Below are positions 1 through 13,765 of a stretch of DNA of 64,000 nt, piece after piece (the stretch's first letter is position 1; each line of letters starts with the position of its first letter). This DNA is from the human T2T-CHM13v2.0 reference genome, Homo sapiens, in assembly GCF_009914755.1 (NCBI RefSeq), contig NC_060928.1. One strand, written 5' to 3'. A program made the translations under genes and the position numbers. Below the pieces are notes generated by a model that did no database searches, was not told the origin of the DNA, and saw only the letters and a list, made by a program, of their open reading frames with translations.

Positions 1-1320
1 TAAAGAAGCTAATCTAAAAAGGTTACATAATGCACGGTTCTAACAATATAACATTATGGAAAAGGCAAAACTGTGGAGTCAGTAAAAAGATCAATGATTG
101 CTAGCAGTTAGGTGGCAGGAAGAGATGAATAGGTAGAGTACTGACGATTTTTAGGGCAGTGAAATTATTCTGTATGATCCTATGATGGTGAGTACATGCC
201 ATTATACATTTGTCCAAGCCTATGAAATGTAAAACACTGAGAATGAGCCCTAATGTAAACTATGGACTTTGGGTGATAATAATATATAAAAGAAGGTTCA
301 TCTATTGTAAAAAATGTACCACTTTGGTAGGAATGTTGTTAATGGGGGATGCTATGCATGTGTTGGGGCAGAAGGTATATGGGAAATCTCTGTACCTTCC
401 TCTCAATATTGCTTTAAACATAACTGATCTAAAAAAGTCTTTAAAAAACAAAACAGCGATGGAGGTATGTTAAAGACACACAGATGCCAAATGAAAGAAC
501 TTCCAATTGCCAAATCTAGAAAATTTTGAGCAAGAAAATAAAGAAGTATTGAGCCATAATCCAAATATAAAACACATATCTGTGTATCCAGATTAATATG
601 AATAAATGATTGAAGAAACAAATAAATGGGGAAGAATACACAAATCTCCCAGGCAGAAGACTTCCAAATAATTTATGAAGATACTTCACCCTCAAGGAGG
701 TAGACTATAACTGCCCACTCCTTAAGGGTGGGCTGTGTGTAGGCACTACTTTCTAAAAATTTCAGTATGGAAAAGAGAAAAAGAGAGTAACTTTACACTG
801 GAGAAATTTGACATATTCTATCTCAGCCAAGGTGTTGAAGTTTAACATTAACAGTGATAAGTCATATTGATAGTATGCACCTTTGACATGATGTAAGGAG
901 ACAAGCATTTTACCCCTGTGGTCTTCCTCCCCAGAACCCATTACACTAGATCTAACCAGTCTCAAGGAACATTCTATGAAATACATGAGTCATACTCCTT
1001 AAAATTGTTAAGAGCATTAAATACAAGCCTGAGAAAAGGTTACAGTCAAGAGGAGTCTAAGGAACATGATGATGAAATATAATATGGCATCCTACATGAA
1101 ATCCTGGAGCAAAGAAAGAATGGTAGGTGCCAAGTAAAGAAATCTGAAGAGCATATGGACTTTACCTCATAATAATGTATCAGTATTCCTTCATTAATTG
1201 TGACTAATGCTCCATACTACTGTAGGATGTTGACAAGAGGGGAAAGTGAGTGTGAGGAATATGAAAACTTTCAGTACTATCTGCAAATTTTCTGTAAATT
1301 TAAAAATATTTTAAAATTTA
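1..1320 (+). mobile_element. Old L1 (L1MC-type) 3' region
   Basis: Motifs typical of L1MC 3' UTR (ggaaaaggcaaaactgtggag, gagccctaatgtaaactatggacttt, tatgggaaatctctgtacc, cattaacagtgataagtcatattgatag). Subfamily not resolved. Confidence 0.75.
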
Positions 1321-2329
1321 AGAGTTCACAAATACATTAAATATTTAGTCCTGAAACATGAAAATTACCTTTCTTATAGTACATTTCTAGATCCATAAAC
1401 TTGTCAGTAAATATATAGACTTCCAATAGAAGCTGAGGAAAAATATTTTTATTAACGTAAGGGTTGAATATAACAGAACCTGCTGTATAACTTAAAAAAT
1501 AATGTGAGCAAAGTATAAATTTCTTTATACAGCTCAAAAAGATAGGATTAAGTCATTTTGCTACCAGTAAAATGTTCAGTCCCATATCCCAGCAGCACTA
1601 AAGGAGACATCTTATTATCTAGCACCTATTAATCAACTTGGTGGGAAATATACACCAGAAAACATTAGTGTGATGAGGATTTTCTTAAGTACTTTAGAAG
1701 TCATCTTGGTAAAATAAAAATTTTGTTGCACTGCTTGGAGGAAATGACATTTAGATTTCACTGCCATTATCATCAGTGGCAAGTCTTGTTTGGTTTTGTT
1801 GACAATTTATTTTGTTAGAATATTAGTTGTTTTTAGTCTCCTGAAAGGGAAGAAAGATCTATTTTTAGGGAAAAGCCATTTGAGATAGAAATATATATGA
1901 CAAGAGAGATGTACAATCTCAGGTGGAAAACATGTTATTTTGATTTAAAAATTTGCGTAGAAACTGTGCTATTAACTTTGGACATTTCAAATATAATCAT
2001 TAACTCTATAAAGTCTATTTCTTATGTTTTCTTTTTATCTCAAACTTAGTTGGATTATTCAGTATGAAATACACAGTACACTTAAGCGCTTATAATATCT
2101 GTATAATTGTTAGCAACCTTATTATTACTGGCTAAGACTCTTCGTGTTCTTGATCAGTTATTATTTTTATAAGAATATTTTAAGATATTTTATTATTCAG
2201 TTCAGCAAAATAGAATGGTAGTGCCACCCTCCGAAATAACCACCACACCCACGCACACATCTAACAGACTAGAAGACAACATAATTTTGTAATAAATATA
2301 ATTTGTGATACTTCTTGCTACACATATCA

Positions 2330-2885
2330 TGGTGAGAGTAAAAATGTTTCTTTGTACTGTTCTAGGTTCTTTGGTTGATCTATGAACTAAATCGACATAG
2401 AACTGATTAACAGAAGAAATACAATTTTAATTATGTTTGTACACACAGGAGTCCCACAAATATATCAGGCCCAAATAGGAAGCCAGATAATTAAGGCTTA
2501 TATCATCCTGAGATACACAAAGGAATAGGGATTTGGGGTGTTCTAGGGGTGCTGCAGGCAAATTATAGGAGGGGAAAGGAAGGGAATATGGTGAATAAAG
2601 TTTGCCTTGTTCATCAGATAAGCCTCTCAGGTGATAAAAGATGTCTTAGAGCAGCTCTCTTACCAGTGAAAATTTTCTTTATAGATGTAAATTTCCTTTA
2701 TAGAAGGGGAGTTTTATACTTTATTTTAGGCAATTGAGGGGGCTATAAAGAACGTTTCCTGTGCTGCCTGGATCTCAGTTTCTTTTAGCTCAAAGTAAGC
2801 AATATGCTAAAGTTACATATTTTGAGGTGGCGTATTCTGATCTCCTACAGTAATATTTCAGGGAACTGTGTCCTGAACCCCATCA
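2330..2885 (-). mobile_element. Solo ERV1 LTR, MER34/MER39-like
   Basis: Reverse complement starts tgatggggttcaggacac...tgtaggagatcagaatacgccacctcaaaatatg, resembling MER34/MER39 5' ends. No clear TSD. Confidence 0.6.
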
Positions 2886-3798
2886 AAGGTATCATGATTT
2901 TATAATAAGTAGCATTTTTTAGACTTCTTGCTACATATGAGGGTGAAAGGAATGTTAGTAGAAGAATGTAGTCTGGGGAGAAGCAAGTGACTTTGGAAAA
3001 TATATCTACAGTTTAACAATAGCATCTCTGGGGGAAAAGACCCCATTTATTAAAATGTCTGCATTTTATTGCTGTTTTCACATTAACATCAATGGATATA
3101 TACACATAATTTTAATGATTTTAAAATGATATGACTTTCCAAGACATTGGGATTATTTTTGTGATTATAACATGGCAACTCAGTGTATAAAAACACATCT
3201 GTTTTTTCTAATTATACCTGTTCCTAAACATTTCCATCCTGCTAATTTCAGTTGCTGAGTGAAAATAATTGAATTTGCCTTTCCTTTCATTTCATATTTG
3301 TTTAAGCAAACACCTGGGAATTCCTGCCTATAGGGAGTAATAGAATGAGATCATTCAAAGATATAGCTTACAACAAAATCTTAGTGTTTTCATTTTTTTT
3401 GCTGTTATTTACCTAAAGTTCAAATGTCCTTTTTTTCTCCAGAATCAAACTATTTTATTCTCTTCAGCTAGATGCTATTGGTGATAAAAAAGGAATATTA
3501 CAAATTAAAAGACTTATCCAGAAAATAACTTTGATTAAATTTTATAATAAGTAGAAGCTGAAAAAGCAGCATATTTCTAATAAACTCATTTTTCCTATTA
3601 GTTGTTTGAATTCAAGCAAACTCATTATTTCCATTTTGACAACTTCCTTCAATGCCTCAGTGAATCATATTATCAGTCAGGCAATTTCAGAGCTTACTAT
3701 TTTCTCTTTGCCACGGTAGGTACTGTACATGACATGAATTTTGTTGTTATTGAATCTATAATCTAGTTGAGGAGACATGTTCTAACTGACAAACATAT

Positions 3799-4478
3799 TG
3801 TTACAGAAGCTACTCAGAAATGCACAGGGTAGGAGAGGCCCTTCACCCTAACAGGATTGTCAGGAGACCATCAGGTGATGGTCAGGCAGTTGTCACACTG
3901 TCTCTTTAAATTAATAATTGGTTGCAGCCTCTGCCAGGGAAAGGCAGTCTCAAAATAGATAGAAACACCTGAAACTGGGTGATCAGCAGCTTCCCAATAT
4001 GATCTTAGGAGCTGGGCAAGTAGGCTCAAGTATGTGCACTAAGAGGCAAATGGTGGAGTTTTACTGATATATGACCTTCTAGGAACATATGATTGGTAAG
4101 GGAAGAGCATCTCAAGTGAGCCTGCATATAACTCTGGTAAACACGCTGCATATGCTCCCCCTCCAAGCGCTAGCAGGACACTGCACACCCTGAAAGGAAA
4201 AATCAGGGAAGCTCGGAAGTATGCCAACATATAAAGCCCGAAGTCAAAGGTCAAGTAGTGCACTTGATCTTTCAAGTCTCCTGCTTGGTCTTCTTCCTTC
4301 TTCCTATGGTATAGTTTACTTCTTTTTATTTCTTCTCTAAAGTTTTTAAATAAACTACTCCTGCTCTAAATTTGCCTCAATCTCCCCTTCTGTCTTATGC
4401 TCCTCAGTTGAATTTTTTCCTCTGAGGAGGCAAGAATTGAGGTTGCTGCAGACCTGTATGGATTTGCCACTGGTAGCA
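3799..4478 (+). mobile_element. Solo ERV1 LTR, MER50-like
   Basis: TG...CA termini and a 4-bp TSD atat (3795-3798 / 4479-4482). Contains gaccatcaggtgatggtcaggcag and gccagggaaaggcagtctc motifs, and AATAAA near 4348. Confidence 0.85.
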
Positions 4479-5569
4479 ATATTAGACATTAATACTATTA
4501 CCAATAATAATCAAATATATCACAGTATCTATATATAACTAATTATATGACAGTGTTAAAGATTAGAGATATAAAGCTTCAAGGAAAAGATAGAATCATG
4601 CATGAGCTTTAAAAAATGAGTAAAATTAAGACAGATTCCTGAGGATTTAAAAGTATATTTCAAAAAATTAAAAAATAGGAAGGCAAAACATGGCCAGATA
4701 TGACTAAGCAGCTGTACTTCTACTGTGATCTAAAGTTGAAAATCAGTGATACAGACAAGGACTTTAAAAGCTTTCACATATATGTATGAGGAGTGTTAAG
4801 TTGAATGTGAAGTAGATATAATTATGCTAGAAATAAACAAGTAAAAACCCCATTTATGCCTAGCAGAAATTTTAACTTTACCCGAAGCTGGAAATAAATC
4901 ACCTAATAAAGCAGGATCAATCTTCTGTGACCCATTTCACATATTCCTCCTTATTTTCTCTTTAAAAGTGTCTACTTCCTTTTATTTCATAATTAATTGT
5001 CAGGGTGACTGTGTAGCTTTTTCCTGAGCACTATAAATGTCAGTCACTTTATTTAGGCATGGACTTTTGAAACATGGTTAGCACCATTTCTTAGAAGCAG
5101 ACTCTCTGACTCCAATACGGTTGTTCACAGTCAGAGAATTATAAACTATCATCCAACAGAGCAGCAGGGTCAAGCTTGTTGAGAATATATTTCCAAAATT
5201 AAGTTATACATGGTAATTGGTATTTTGTTGTAGAAGTTGGCACACTAGTGAAAAGTTGCTAGAACATTTCACAATTAGGCTATTTTCATCCTACTTAAAA
5301 TAATCCTTCGATGAAACAGAAAGCAGAAACTTCATTCATTTGAGCATATTGGAATATTAATTCAACTCCAACTCCAAAAGTAATTTACTTAAGAAAATTA
5401 TACACTACTTCTGTTGTTTAAAATGAAAGTTTTGATGCTGTGCTATAACACCAAGCAGGTGTTATATTCCCTTCAGGAATGAAGAATTTATTATGTAAAC
5501 CACTGGGTAATGCTTTTTGGCTATCTTCCCACTTTGAAGATTATATTATCTAAAGAATCATCTGAACTA

Positions 5570-5835
5570 AGGCCACACTTTCTTCTAGGGTAACAAGGAT
5601 CCAATGACTGAAGGATGCAGTGGTAAAGGCTGCTCCTTGTTTCATCCTGAGGTAATTATAAAGGACCTCCCCAACTCTAGATCTCCCCATTGGGGTCAGC
5701 AGAGACCTTCGCTGGAATTGAATTGCAGCTCAACCTCTCCCTCTGACTGATTTTGCTTCACTACCTATCATTTCAAAGGTGCTCATGCCAAGTTTATTTC
5801 CTGAAAAAGATTATCTCTCAGAGTGAGCTTCCCAT
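5570..5835 (+). mobile_element. LTR16-like ERVL LTR fragment
   Basis: gcagctcaacctctccctctg...ctctcagagtgagcttcc resembles the LTR16 3' part. Boundaries approximate. Confidence 0.5.
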
Positions 5836-6040
5836 GTATTCCAAATATTTATATTATGTTATTATATGTACCCAACATTTCTTAGGCAAATATCAAACCC
5901 ATATTCCCATCTTTCCATAGAGTCCTTACTTGAAAGTCCCATATTTGCTTCAAGTTCTTCATGATCAAAACAGCTCATCTCCTCAAGATGTAAATAATAT
6001 TTAGTATTCGTTCTTCTATTTTATTCCTAAAGTTAATCTC

Positions 6041-6450
6041 TGCTATGGTTGGAATGTGTTCTGTCTGAAATCCAGGTGTTTCCAATGTGATATTATTTAG
6101 AGGAGGGAACGTTAAGAGGTGATAAGGCCTGAAGACCTGCTGCCTTTTGAATGACATTAAGGCCCTTATAAAAGAATCTTCATCCACAGCATTTTCAGTT
6201 AGCTTGCCCTTCTGCTTTCCACTATGTGAGGAGATAGCATCCCTCTCCGCTGGGGGACACAGCAATAAGGTGGCATCTTGGAAATGGAAAGCAGCAGCCT
6301 GTACTAGCCAATTGAACCTGCCAGTACCTTGATCTTGAATTTCCTAGTCTCCAGAATTATAAGAAAAGATCTCATAAGAAGAACAAAATCTTCTTTGTAA
6401 ATTATCCATTCTGTGGTATTTTGTTATAGCAGCACAAATGGGCTAGTACA
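6041..6450 (+). mobile_element. Solo MaLR LTR (MSTC/MLT1A-like)
   Basis: tgctatggttggaatg...ttgttatagcagcacaaatgggctagtaca with a perfect 5-bp TSD atctc (6036-6040 / 6451-6455). Confidence 0.85.
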
Positions 6451-6739
6451 ATCTCCTTCCTAAATATCTACGTAAATGATGAATGCTAACTGAATGAGCC
6501 ATCTGAAAATGCTGCTCATGTGATATTGGGCATAAGATGATTTAATAGTCAATTATCTAACATTATTCCTCAATAGTTTGGGAGCAGTCAGCGAGAAATG
6601 TATTTCAAGGAATTACATAATTATAGATTCATTTTTGGTTTACATTCCAAACATGAGCTTGCATGTCAAGATGAGTTTTGTCAAATCACATAATACTAGT
6701 TTTGGCAGAGAGAAACTATCTACTAATGAAATTCCTCAT

Positions 6740-8070
6740 TTAATATTTATTCAATAATATTCTTATTGAATTCTTGTAATGTTTTGGTAAGCATTATAGC
6801 ATAGTGAATAAAATAGATATGAACCCTAGCTTATTAGTGCCATTAAGATAATAAGATTGGTAATTGGTAAAGGTGTACTTGGAGCTGACTTACTTAGGAA
6901 GGCTTCGATGAGAATGTGCCATTGAGCTAAGATTGAATCATAAGGGATCAGCCATGCAAAGATCTGGAGAAAGCATGTTCCAAGGAGAAGTAAGACTATA
7001 TGTAACGTCTCTGGATGTGGGATTGACTTTGTTTATCTGAAGATTTTTTTTAAATGCAGTATAGCTGCATCATGCAAACAGAATATCTTCAGGACTCATT
7101 CCCCAGAAACAGACCTTGAGAAGAGATTATTATGCAAACTATTTAAAAAGTATTTCCAGGACACAGACAAGGTAAGAGGGAACTGAGAGAATCAGGGTAA
7201 AGTACAGATATTATCCTCTACAGAGGAAAAGTAGGATGTGAATAGAAGACAGAGGGTAAGAACATAATAAGGAACTGGATGATATTTCATTTGATGAAAT
7301 GCTTTTGAAAAGTTTTAACCATAAGAGTAACATAATTAGTGCTTTATAATTATTACTCTGAAGACTGATGTGCAAAAATAAAGGATTATACAAGGCCAAA
7401 TCTGGTATCAGAGGAGAAGTTTGTTGTAAGCGATGGAAGTGGCCCAGGAAAGAGATGGTGTTGGCTTGATCAATGCATAAGTGAAGATAGGTAGCCAGAT
7501 TCTGAACATATTTCACAAGTTGATTCCATATAGTTTGCTGGAGTTTAGATGTAGGGCAGGAAAAGAAAAAAAAACAAAACAAATTAGGATATCGCGTTGG
7601 ATTTTGGCCTGAATGAGTGGGTTGTGGTATTTACTAAGATAAATAATCCTTGCAAATGGATAGGAAAGAGAGAAAGAGAAAGTCAAGAATTTAATTTGAA
7701 AAAGTATATATATCAAGTAATCAAATAGATCCAGAAGTTTGAAACTCCAAGAAAGGTTTGGCCTGGTAAATATATATTCAGAGTCAGGCATAGATGAAAA
7801 ATATTTATGGTTATATTATTGGATGAGATTACATAGAGAGTAGGGCCAAAACCAATGGAACACTTCAACATTCAGAGGCTAGCAAAAGAAAATTGCTGAT
7901 GAGGATGGATGAAAAAATAAGATGCATAAAAAGCTAAAAAAGAGTCTTTGAGGAAGAACATAGTCAACAGTGACAAATGCTATTGAATGAACAAGAAAAA
8001 TGAATATTTGGACTGTTAGCATTTTGAAGCTTCTCAGCAAGATGCAGAATATCAGAAACAGATCTATTAC
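6740..8070 (-). mobile_element. L2 fragments
   Basis: Purine-rich decayed L2 antisense motifs (gggatcagccatgcaaagatctgg, agattctgaacatattt, ggatgagattacatagagag). Boundaries approximate. Confidence 0.6.
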
Positions 8071-8164
8071 ATGTGAATGTCTATACAGCAAACAAAGTTT
8101 TGTTTGTGCAGTGACCTCTGTTACCATGATTCTAATCAAAGACAGCAAAAAGACAGAAGACTCG

Positions 8165-11061
8165 TGATATGTTTTGGCTGTGTCCCCACCCAAGTCTCAT
8201 CTTCAGTTGTAACTCCCACAATTCCCATGTGTTATGGGAGGGACCCAGTGGAAGGTAACTGAATCATGGGTGTGAGTCTTTCCCATGCTATTCTCATGAT
8301 AGTGAATAAGTCCCATGAGATCTGATGCTTTTATAAAGGGGAGTTTCCTGCACAAGCTCTCATTTCTTGTCTGCTACAATGTGAAACATGCCTTTCACCC
8401 TTTGCCATGATTGTGGGGCCTCCTTAGCCATGTGGACTGTTAGTTAATTAAACCTTTTTTTTTCCTTTTAAATTACCCAATCTCAGGTATGTCTTTATCA
8501 GCCGCATAAAAACAAAATAATTGGTATCAGTAGACTGTGGCACTGCTGAAAAGATAACTGAAAATGTGGAAGTGACACTGGAACTGGGTAACAGGCAGAG
8601 GCTGGAACAGTTTGGAGGGCTCAGAAGAAGACAGGAAAATGTGGGAAAGTTTGGAACCCCCTGGACACTTCTTGAATGCTTTGACCAAAATGTTGACAAT
8701 GAAATGGACAATGAAATCCAGGCTGAGGTGGTCTCAGATGGAGATAAGGAACTTGTTGGGAATTAGAATAAAAATGACTCTGGCTATGTTTTAGTAAAGA
8801 GACTGGTGGCATTTTGCCCCGACCTCGAGATCTGTGGAACTTTAATCTTAAGGGAGATGATTTAGGGTATCTGGTGGAAAACGTTTCCAAGCAGCAAAGC
8901 ATTCAAGAGGTAACTTGGGTGCTGTTAAAAGAATTCAGTTTTTAAAGAAAAACAGAGGATAAAAGTTTGGAAAATATGCAGGCTGACAATGCAATAGGGA
9001 AAAAAATTCTGGGAGAAATTCAAGCATGCAGCAGAAATTTGCACAAGTAATTAGGAGCCAAATGTTGATCACCAAAACAATGGGAAAATGTCTCCAGGGC
9101 ATGTTGGAGAACTTTGCAGCAGCACCTCCCATCACAGGGCCAGAGACCTAGGAGGAAAAATGGTTTTGTAGGCCAGGCCCAGGGTCCCCCTGCTGTGTGC
9201 AGCCTAGGGACTTGGTGCCCTGCATCCCAGTTGCCCTAGCCATGACTAAAAAGGGGCAAGGTACTGCCTGGGCCATTGCTTCAGAGGGTGGAAGCCCCAG
9301 GCCTTGGCAGCTTCCATGTGGTATTGAGCCTGTGAATGCACAGAAGTCAAGAACTGAGGTTTGGAAACCTCCACCTAGATTTCAGAGGATGTTCAGGCAG
9401 AAGTTTGCTGCAGGGGTGGGGCCCTCATGGAGAACATCTGCCAGGGCAGTGCTGAAGAGAAATGTGGGGTTGAAGCCCCAAACAGAGTCCTTACTGGGGC
9501 ACTGCCTAATGGAACTGTGAGAAGAGGGCCACCATCCTCCAGACCCCAGAATTGTAGATCCACTGACAGCTTTAAACTCATGTTTAAAAGGGAAGCAGAG
9601 CATAAAAGTTCAGAAAATTTGCAGCCTGATAATGTGACAGAAAAGAAAAACCCATTTTCTGAGGAGAAATTAAAGCCAGCTGCAGAAATTTGCATAAGTA
9701 ATTTGGAGCCAAATGTTAAAGATGAAGACAATGGGAGAAATGACTACACAGCCTTTCAGAGGCCTTCACGGCATCCCCTCCCATCACAGGCCCAGAGGCT
9801 TACAAGAAAAAAATAGTTTTATGGGTCGGGCCCAGGGTCTTGCTGCTTTGTGCAGTCTTAGGACTTGGTGCCCTGTGTTCCAGCTGTGGCTAAAAGGGTC
9901 CAACCTAGAGCTCAGGTCATTGCTTCAGAGGGTGCAAGCCTTAAGCCTTGGTGGTTTCCACATGTTGGGCCTGCAGGTATACAGAAGTCAAGAACTGAGG
10001 CATAGGAACTTCTGCCTAGATTTCAGAGGAAGTATGGAAACACCTGGATGTCCAGGCTAGTTTGCTATAGGAGCAAAGCCCTTATGGAGAATATTTGCTA
10101 GAGTTCAGAAGGGAAATATGGGATTAAAGCCCCCACACAGAGTCCTGACTGGGGCACTGCTGTTGAGAAGAGGGACACCATTCTCCATACCCCAGAATGG
10201 CAGATCCACCAACAGCTTGAACCGTGCACCTAGAAAGGCCACAGATACTCAATGCCAGCCCATGAAAGCAGCCAGGAGGGAGGCTGTACCCTGCAAAGCC
10301 ACAGGGGCAGAGCTGCCCAAGACCATGGGAACCCACCTCTTGGCTCAGCATGACCTACATGTGAGACATGGAGTCAAAGGAGACTATTTTGGAGCGTTAA
10401 GATTTGACTGTCCCACTGGATTTTGGACTTGCATGAGGCCTTTAGCCTCTTCATTTTGGCCAATTTCCCTCATTTGGAATGGGTGCATTTATCCAATGAC
10501 TGCACCCCCATTTTATCAAGGAAGTAACTAACTTACTCTTGATTTCACTGCCTTATGGGTGATAGAGACTTGCCTTTTCTCAGATGAGTCTTTGGACTGT
10601 GTAGTTTTGAGTTAATGCTGAAATGAGTTAAGACTTTGAGGGACTGTTGGGAAGGTATGATTGGTTTTGAAATGCGAGGACATGAGATTTGGGAGGGGTT
10701 GGGGTGGAGTGATATGATTTGGCCATGTCCCCACTCAAATCTCATCTTGAATTGTAACTCCCACAATTCCCAGGTGTTGTAGGAGAGACCTGGTGGAAGA
10801 TAATTGAATCATGGGGCTGGATCTTTCTCCTGCTATTCTTAGTAAATAAGTCTCATGAGGTCCGATGGTTTCATAAAGGGGAGTTTCCCTGCACAAGCTC
10901 TCTTCTCTTGTCTGCCAGCATGTAAGACATGGCTTTCACCTTCTGCCATGATTGTGAGGCCTCCCTAGCCAGATGGAACTGTGAGTCCAGTAAACATTTT
11001 CCTTGTAAATTACCCAGTCTTAAGTATGTCTTTATCAGCAGCATGAAAATGGACTAATACA
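8165..11061 (+). mobile_element. MaLR THE1 (B/C-like) provirus with chimeric, partly duplicated internal region
   Basis: 5' LTR 8165-~8515, internal ~8516-10709, 3' LTR 10710-11061 (tgatatg...actaataca). Flanks actcg/atgcc do not form a TSD. The internal sequence jumps back at ~9571. Confidence 0.9.
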
Positions 11062-11267
11062 ATGCCTAATGATAAATTATTTGGCACACCTTCTCCAACC
11101 TTTAATTAGAGAGTAAATTCTAATGGCCATGAGTTATTGCAAATAATGTCTCTTCACTGTATCCTGGAGATAAATAATTTTAAAAAAGAGAATACTTCCA
11201 GTATCCCAAATATTCTTTTGCATATTTTGTTACCTTTATGTGTATTTCTTTACCTCACCTTAGAAGA

Positions 11268-11480
11268 GCAGTAGTATAGTGTAACATTGTAGTTAGACAA
11301 CCAGAATTCCAAACTCCTTACACACACTTTTGAGTTGCATGACTTGTGCCTTGGTATCTTAAATGCAAAATAGGAGAATAACAATGACTATCTCCTGGGT
11401 TATTGTGAGGATCTGTTGAATGAATATGTGAAATGCCTTTAGGATTATTGCCTGGCATATGGTACTTGCTACCATTTTAT
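11268..11480 (+). mobile_element. MIR
   Basis: MIR core-like aaataggagaataacaatgactatctcctgggttattgtgaggat...gcctggcatatggtact. Confidence 0.65.
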
Positions 11481-13765
11481 TATTGCCTGAGAAAATTCCT
11501 ACTCATTTTTTTTCTAGATTCTCTTCTATGGACTCTTTTCTGACAGACTTGAACAGAATTAATCATTTCACCTCTGTGTGTCCACTGTATTTTCACTTAT
11601 ACTTTGCTGTTTTTTTTTTGGCTGCAATTCTTACATGGTTATCTCTCCACTACACAATGAGCTTCCTGAAGGCAAGATTATATTTTACATATCTTGAATT
11701 TCTGCAACAAAATGATGTGCCAAGCACATACTGCACACATGATTATCACCCCTGGCTGCCTGACAGAATCACTAAGAGGAGTTTTCAAAATATGCATGCC
11801 CTGAGATTTGGATGCGATAGGAAATTTGGACTTTTTAGAAGGCTCATGGATTTTCATATTCAGGCAAGCTGAGATTCTCTTTGGTAGGCACACAATAAAG
11901 AGGTAAATGAATGAGATATAGTTTCTCTTTGCTTACTATTTACAACAGGAACTGTTCTTATTTTTCATTCATTCTGAATGCCTTGTTGAAAATTTTTAAC
12001 ACTTTTCATATTTTTGTGTGTTTATTAATAAAAAAGAGCTATACATGATATGTTTTAGGTAATAACATTTTTACCTGAATGCTATTATGTATCACTTTTG
12101 AACTTTCTCTGGCAAGTCTAAATAATCAAATATAATGCCATTAGGTTTATTTACGAGGGTCTCTGGGTCTTTCTATCTTACATAAAAGAGAGTGTAATTG
12201 TGCAGGGAAAAAAATTGAAATGTATAGGAAAGTAGTATCTAAACTTTGAATATGGTTCTACTTTCAGGGATTTCATTATTTGTACTATGGCTATTAAAAT
12301 TTGTATAATGTTTCCACTGGCCAAATTGGCTAAAACATATACTATGTCCCTCATTATCTCTAAATTTCCAAAATAGAGAAGAGTATATGTCAATACATGG
12401 AACAAAATAACTTATTTAGGAATAACAATAAAAAATAAATAGTAAATGAATATAAAATGAAATGTTTAATTGAAATTGTTCCAGCTATTTATTATATAGT
12501 ATTCATAACCATGAATTCAGTTTGTTGTTGAAAATACAAATACATTTTGATAGAAGTATCTGATATTATTAATAGTTTTTAATTATTATTTTACTAATAG
12601 TAGCTTTCTTATTACAGCTAGATTCATAAAATATTTTTTGTTGTTGTTGGCAGAATTTCAAATTTTCCATTGCAGATTTTCAAAAGTTTTGAAATGGAAA
12701 TCTATGCATCCACGTGCACACACACACAAATAAACACATTTGTTTGTTTTTAAATTTAGAAACAGTATATGAAGAGATATTTAGCAAAGTGCCATTTGAT
12801 GACCAGGTTAAAGTAAATGGATCTGTACCTGTGTAGTGGCCTTGGAACTGAAAGATAAAAGTGAACCAATGTGTCTTTCTGTAATCCTAGAACAAGTGTA
12901 CTTTATCAAAAGGCACGTGGTTGGTTAGCAATATATCACCTGCATAAAGAACATGAACAATAGCTTACCTCTTCTCTGAACTGTAGTTAACACCCTAAGT
13001 ATCATTTATTTATTTATTTATTTGGCTGAAATTTCCATTTACCTTTCCAATTACTTGAATATTTAATTGATACCTATTGTTTTGTTTTGTGTTTAAATAT
13101 CTCTGGTATTTCTAATAGTCTATCTTTTCAAAATTTAATAATTGCAAAAAATTTTTGGAGGAAAAAAGACATCTAATAATATGGTCCTTCATTCGAAAAT
13201 TGCTTGTATCATTTAAATATCATATTTCCTTTAACAAACTTAGGCTCATGAATACATATCATTTTTCTACATTACTTCTAGGTCATTTAGGTTGATACTT
13301 TGGTTTTCCACAGGTATTACTGTAGAGATGTTTAAAGGATATTTTGTAATATGTACTTGAAACATATTGATTTATTTGGTCTTCTGAATTTTTTAAAATG
13401 CCAGTTACAAGGAAAAGTCATTTAATTTTGGGGGCACAATGACCACTGTCATTGAGTTTTATTTAAACTTTCTACAACAGTGGTATTTCATCCCTTTCTT
13501 TCATAAAGCTGGAAGCCGATTTCCTGGAACTGTAAATAGGAAATCTACACTTGGGAGATCTATCTTCTCTTATACTCCCAAGGAGGATTCTTTCAAATCT
13601 TGATGCAACAGGAAACGTCTAAGTAATTAATGATTATGAGCATACAACTCCTGCTCTGAGCCAGGATTGTATCTTTGTTTACCTTGTCGTTTACTTTTGA
13701 ATAAGGTCTCAGATTGTGTCCAATAGAGTTTCAAATGATTTCTGATCAACAGAAAAATAATCTGA

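Noticed and set aside
8448-10766. Many overlapping 60-137 aa ORFs
   Set aside because: All lie in the THE1 LTR/internal sequence and are decayed MaLR fragments, not host genes. The same applies to 19535-21951.
11459-11872. 137-aa hydrophobic ORF
   Set aside because: It overlaps MIR/L2-like remnants, has T-rich compositional bias and shows no recognisable domain or exon structure.
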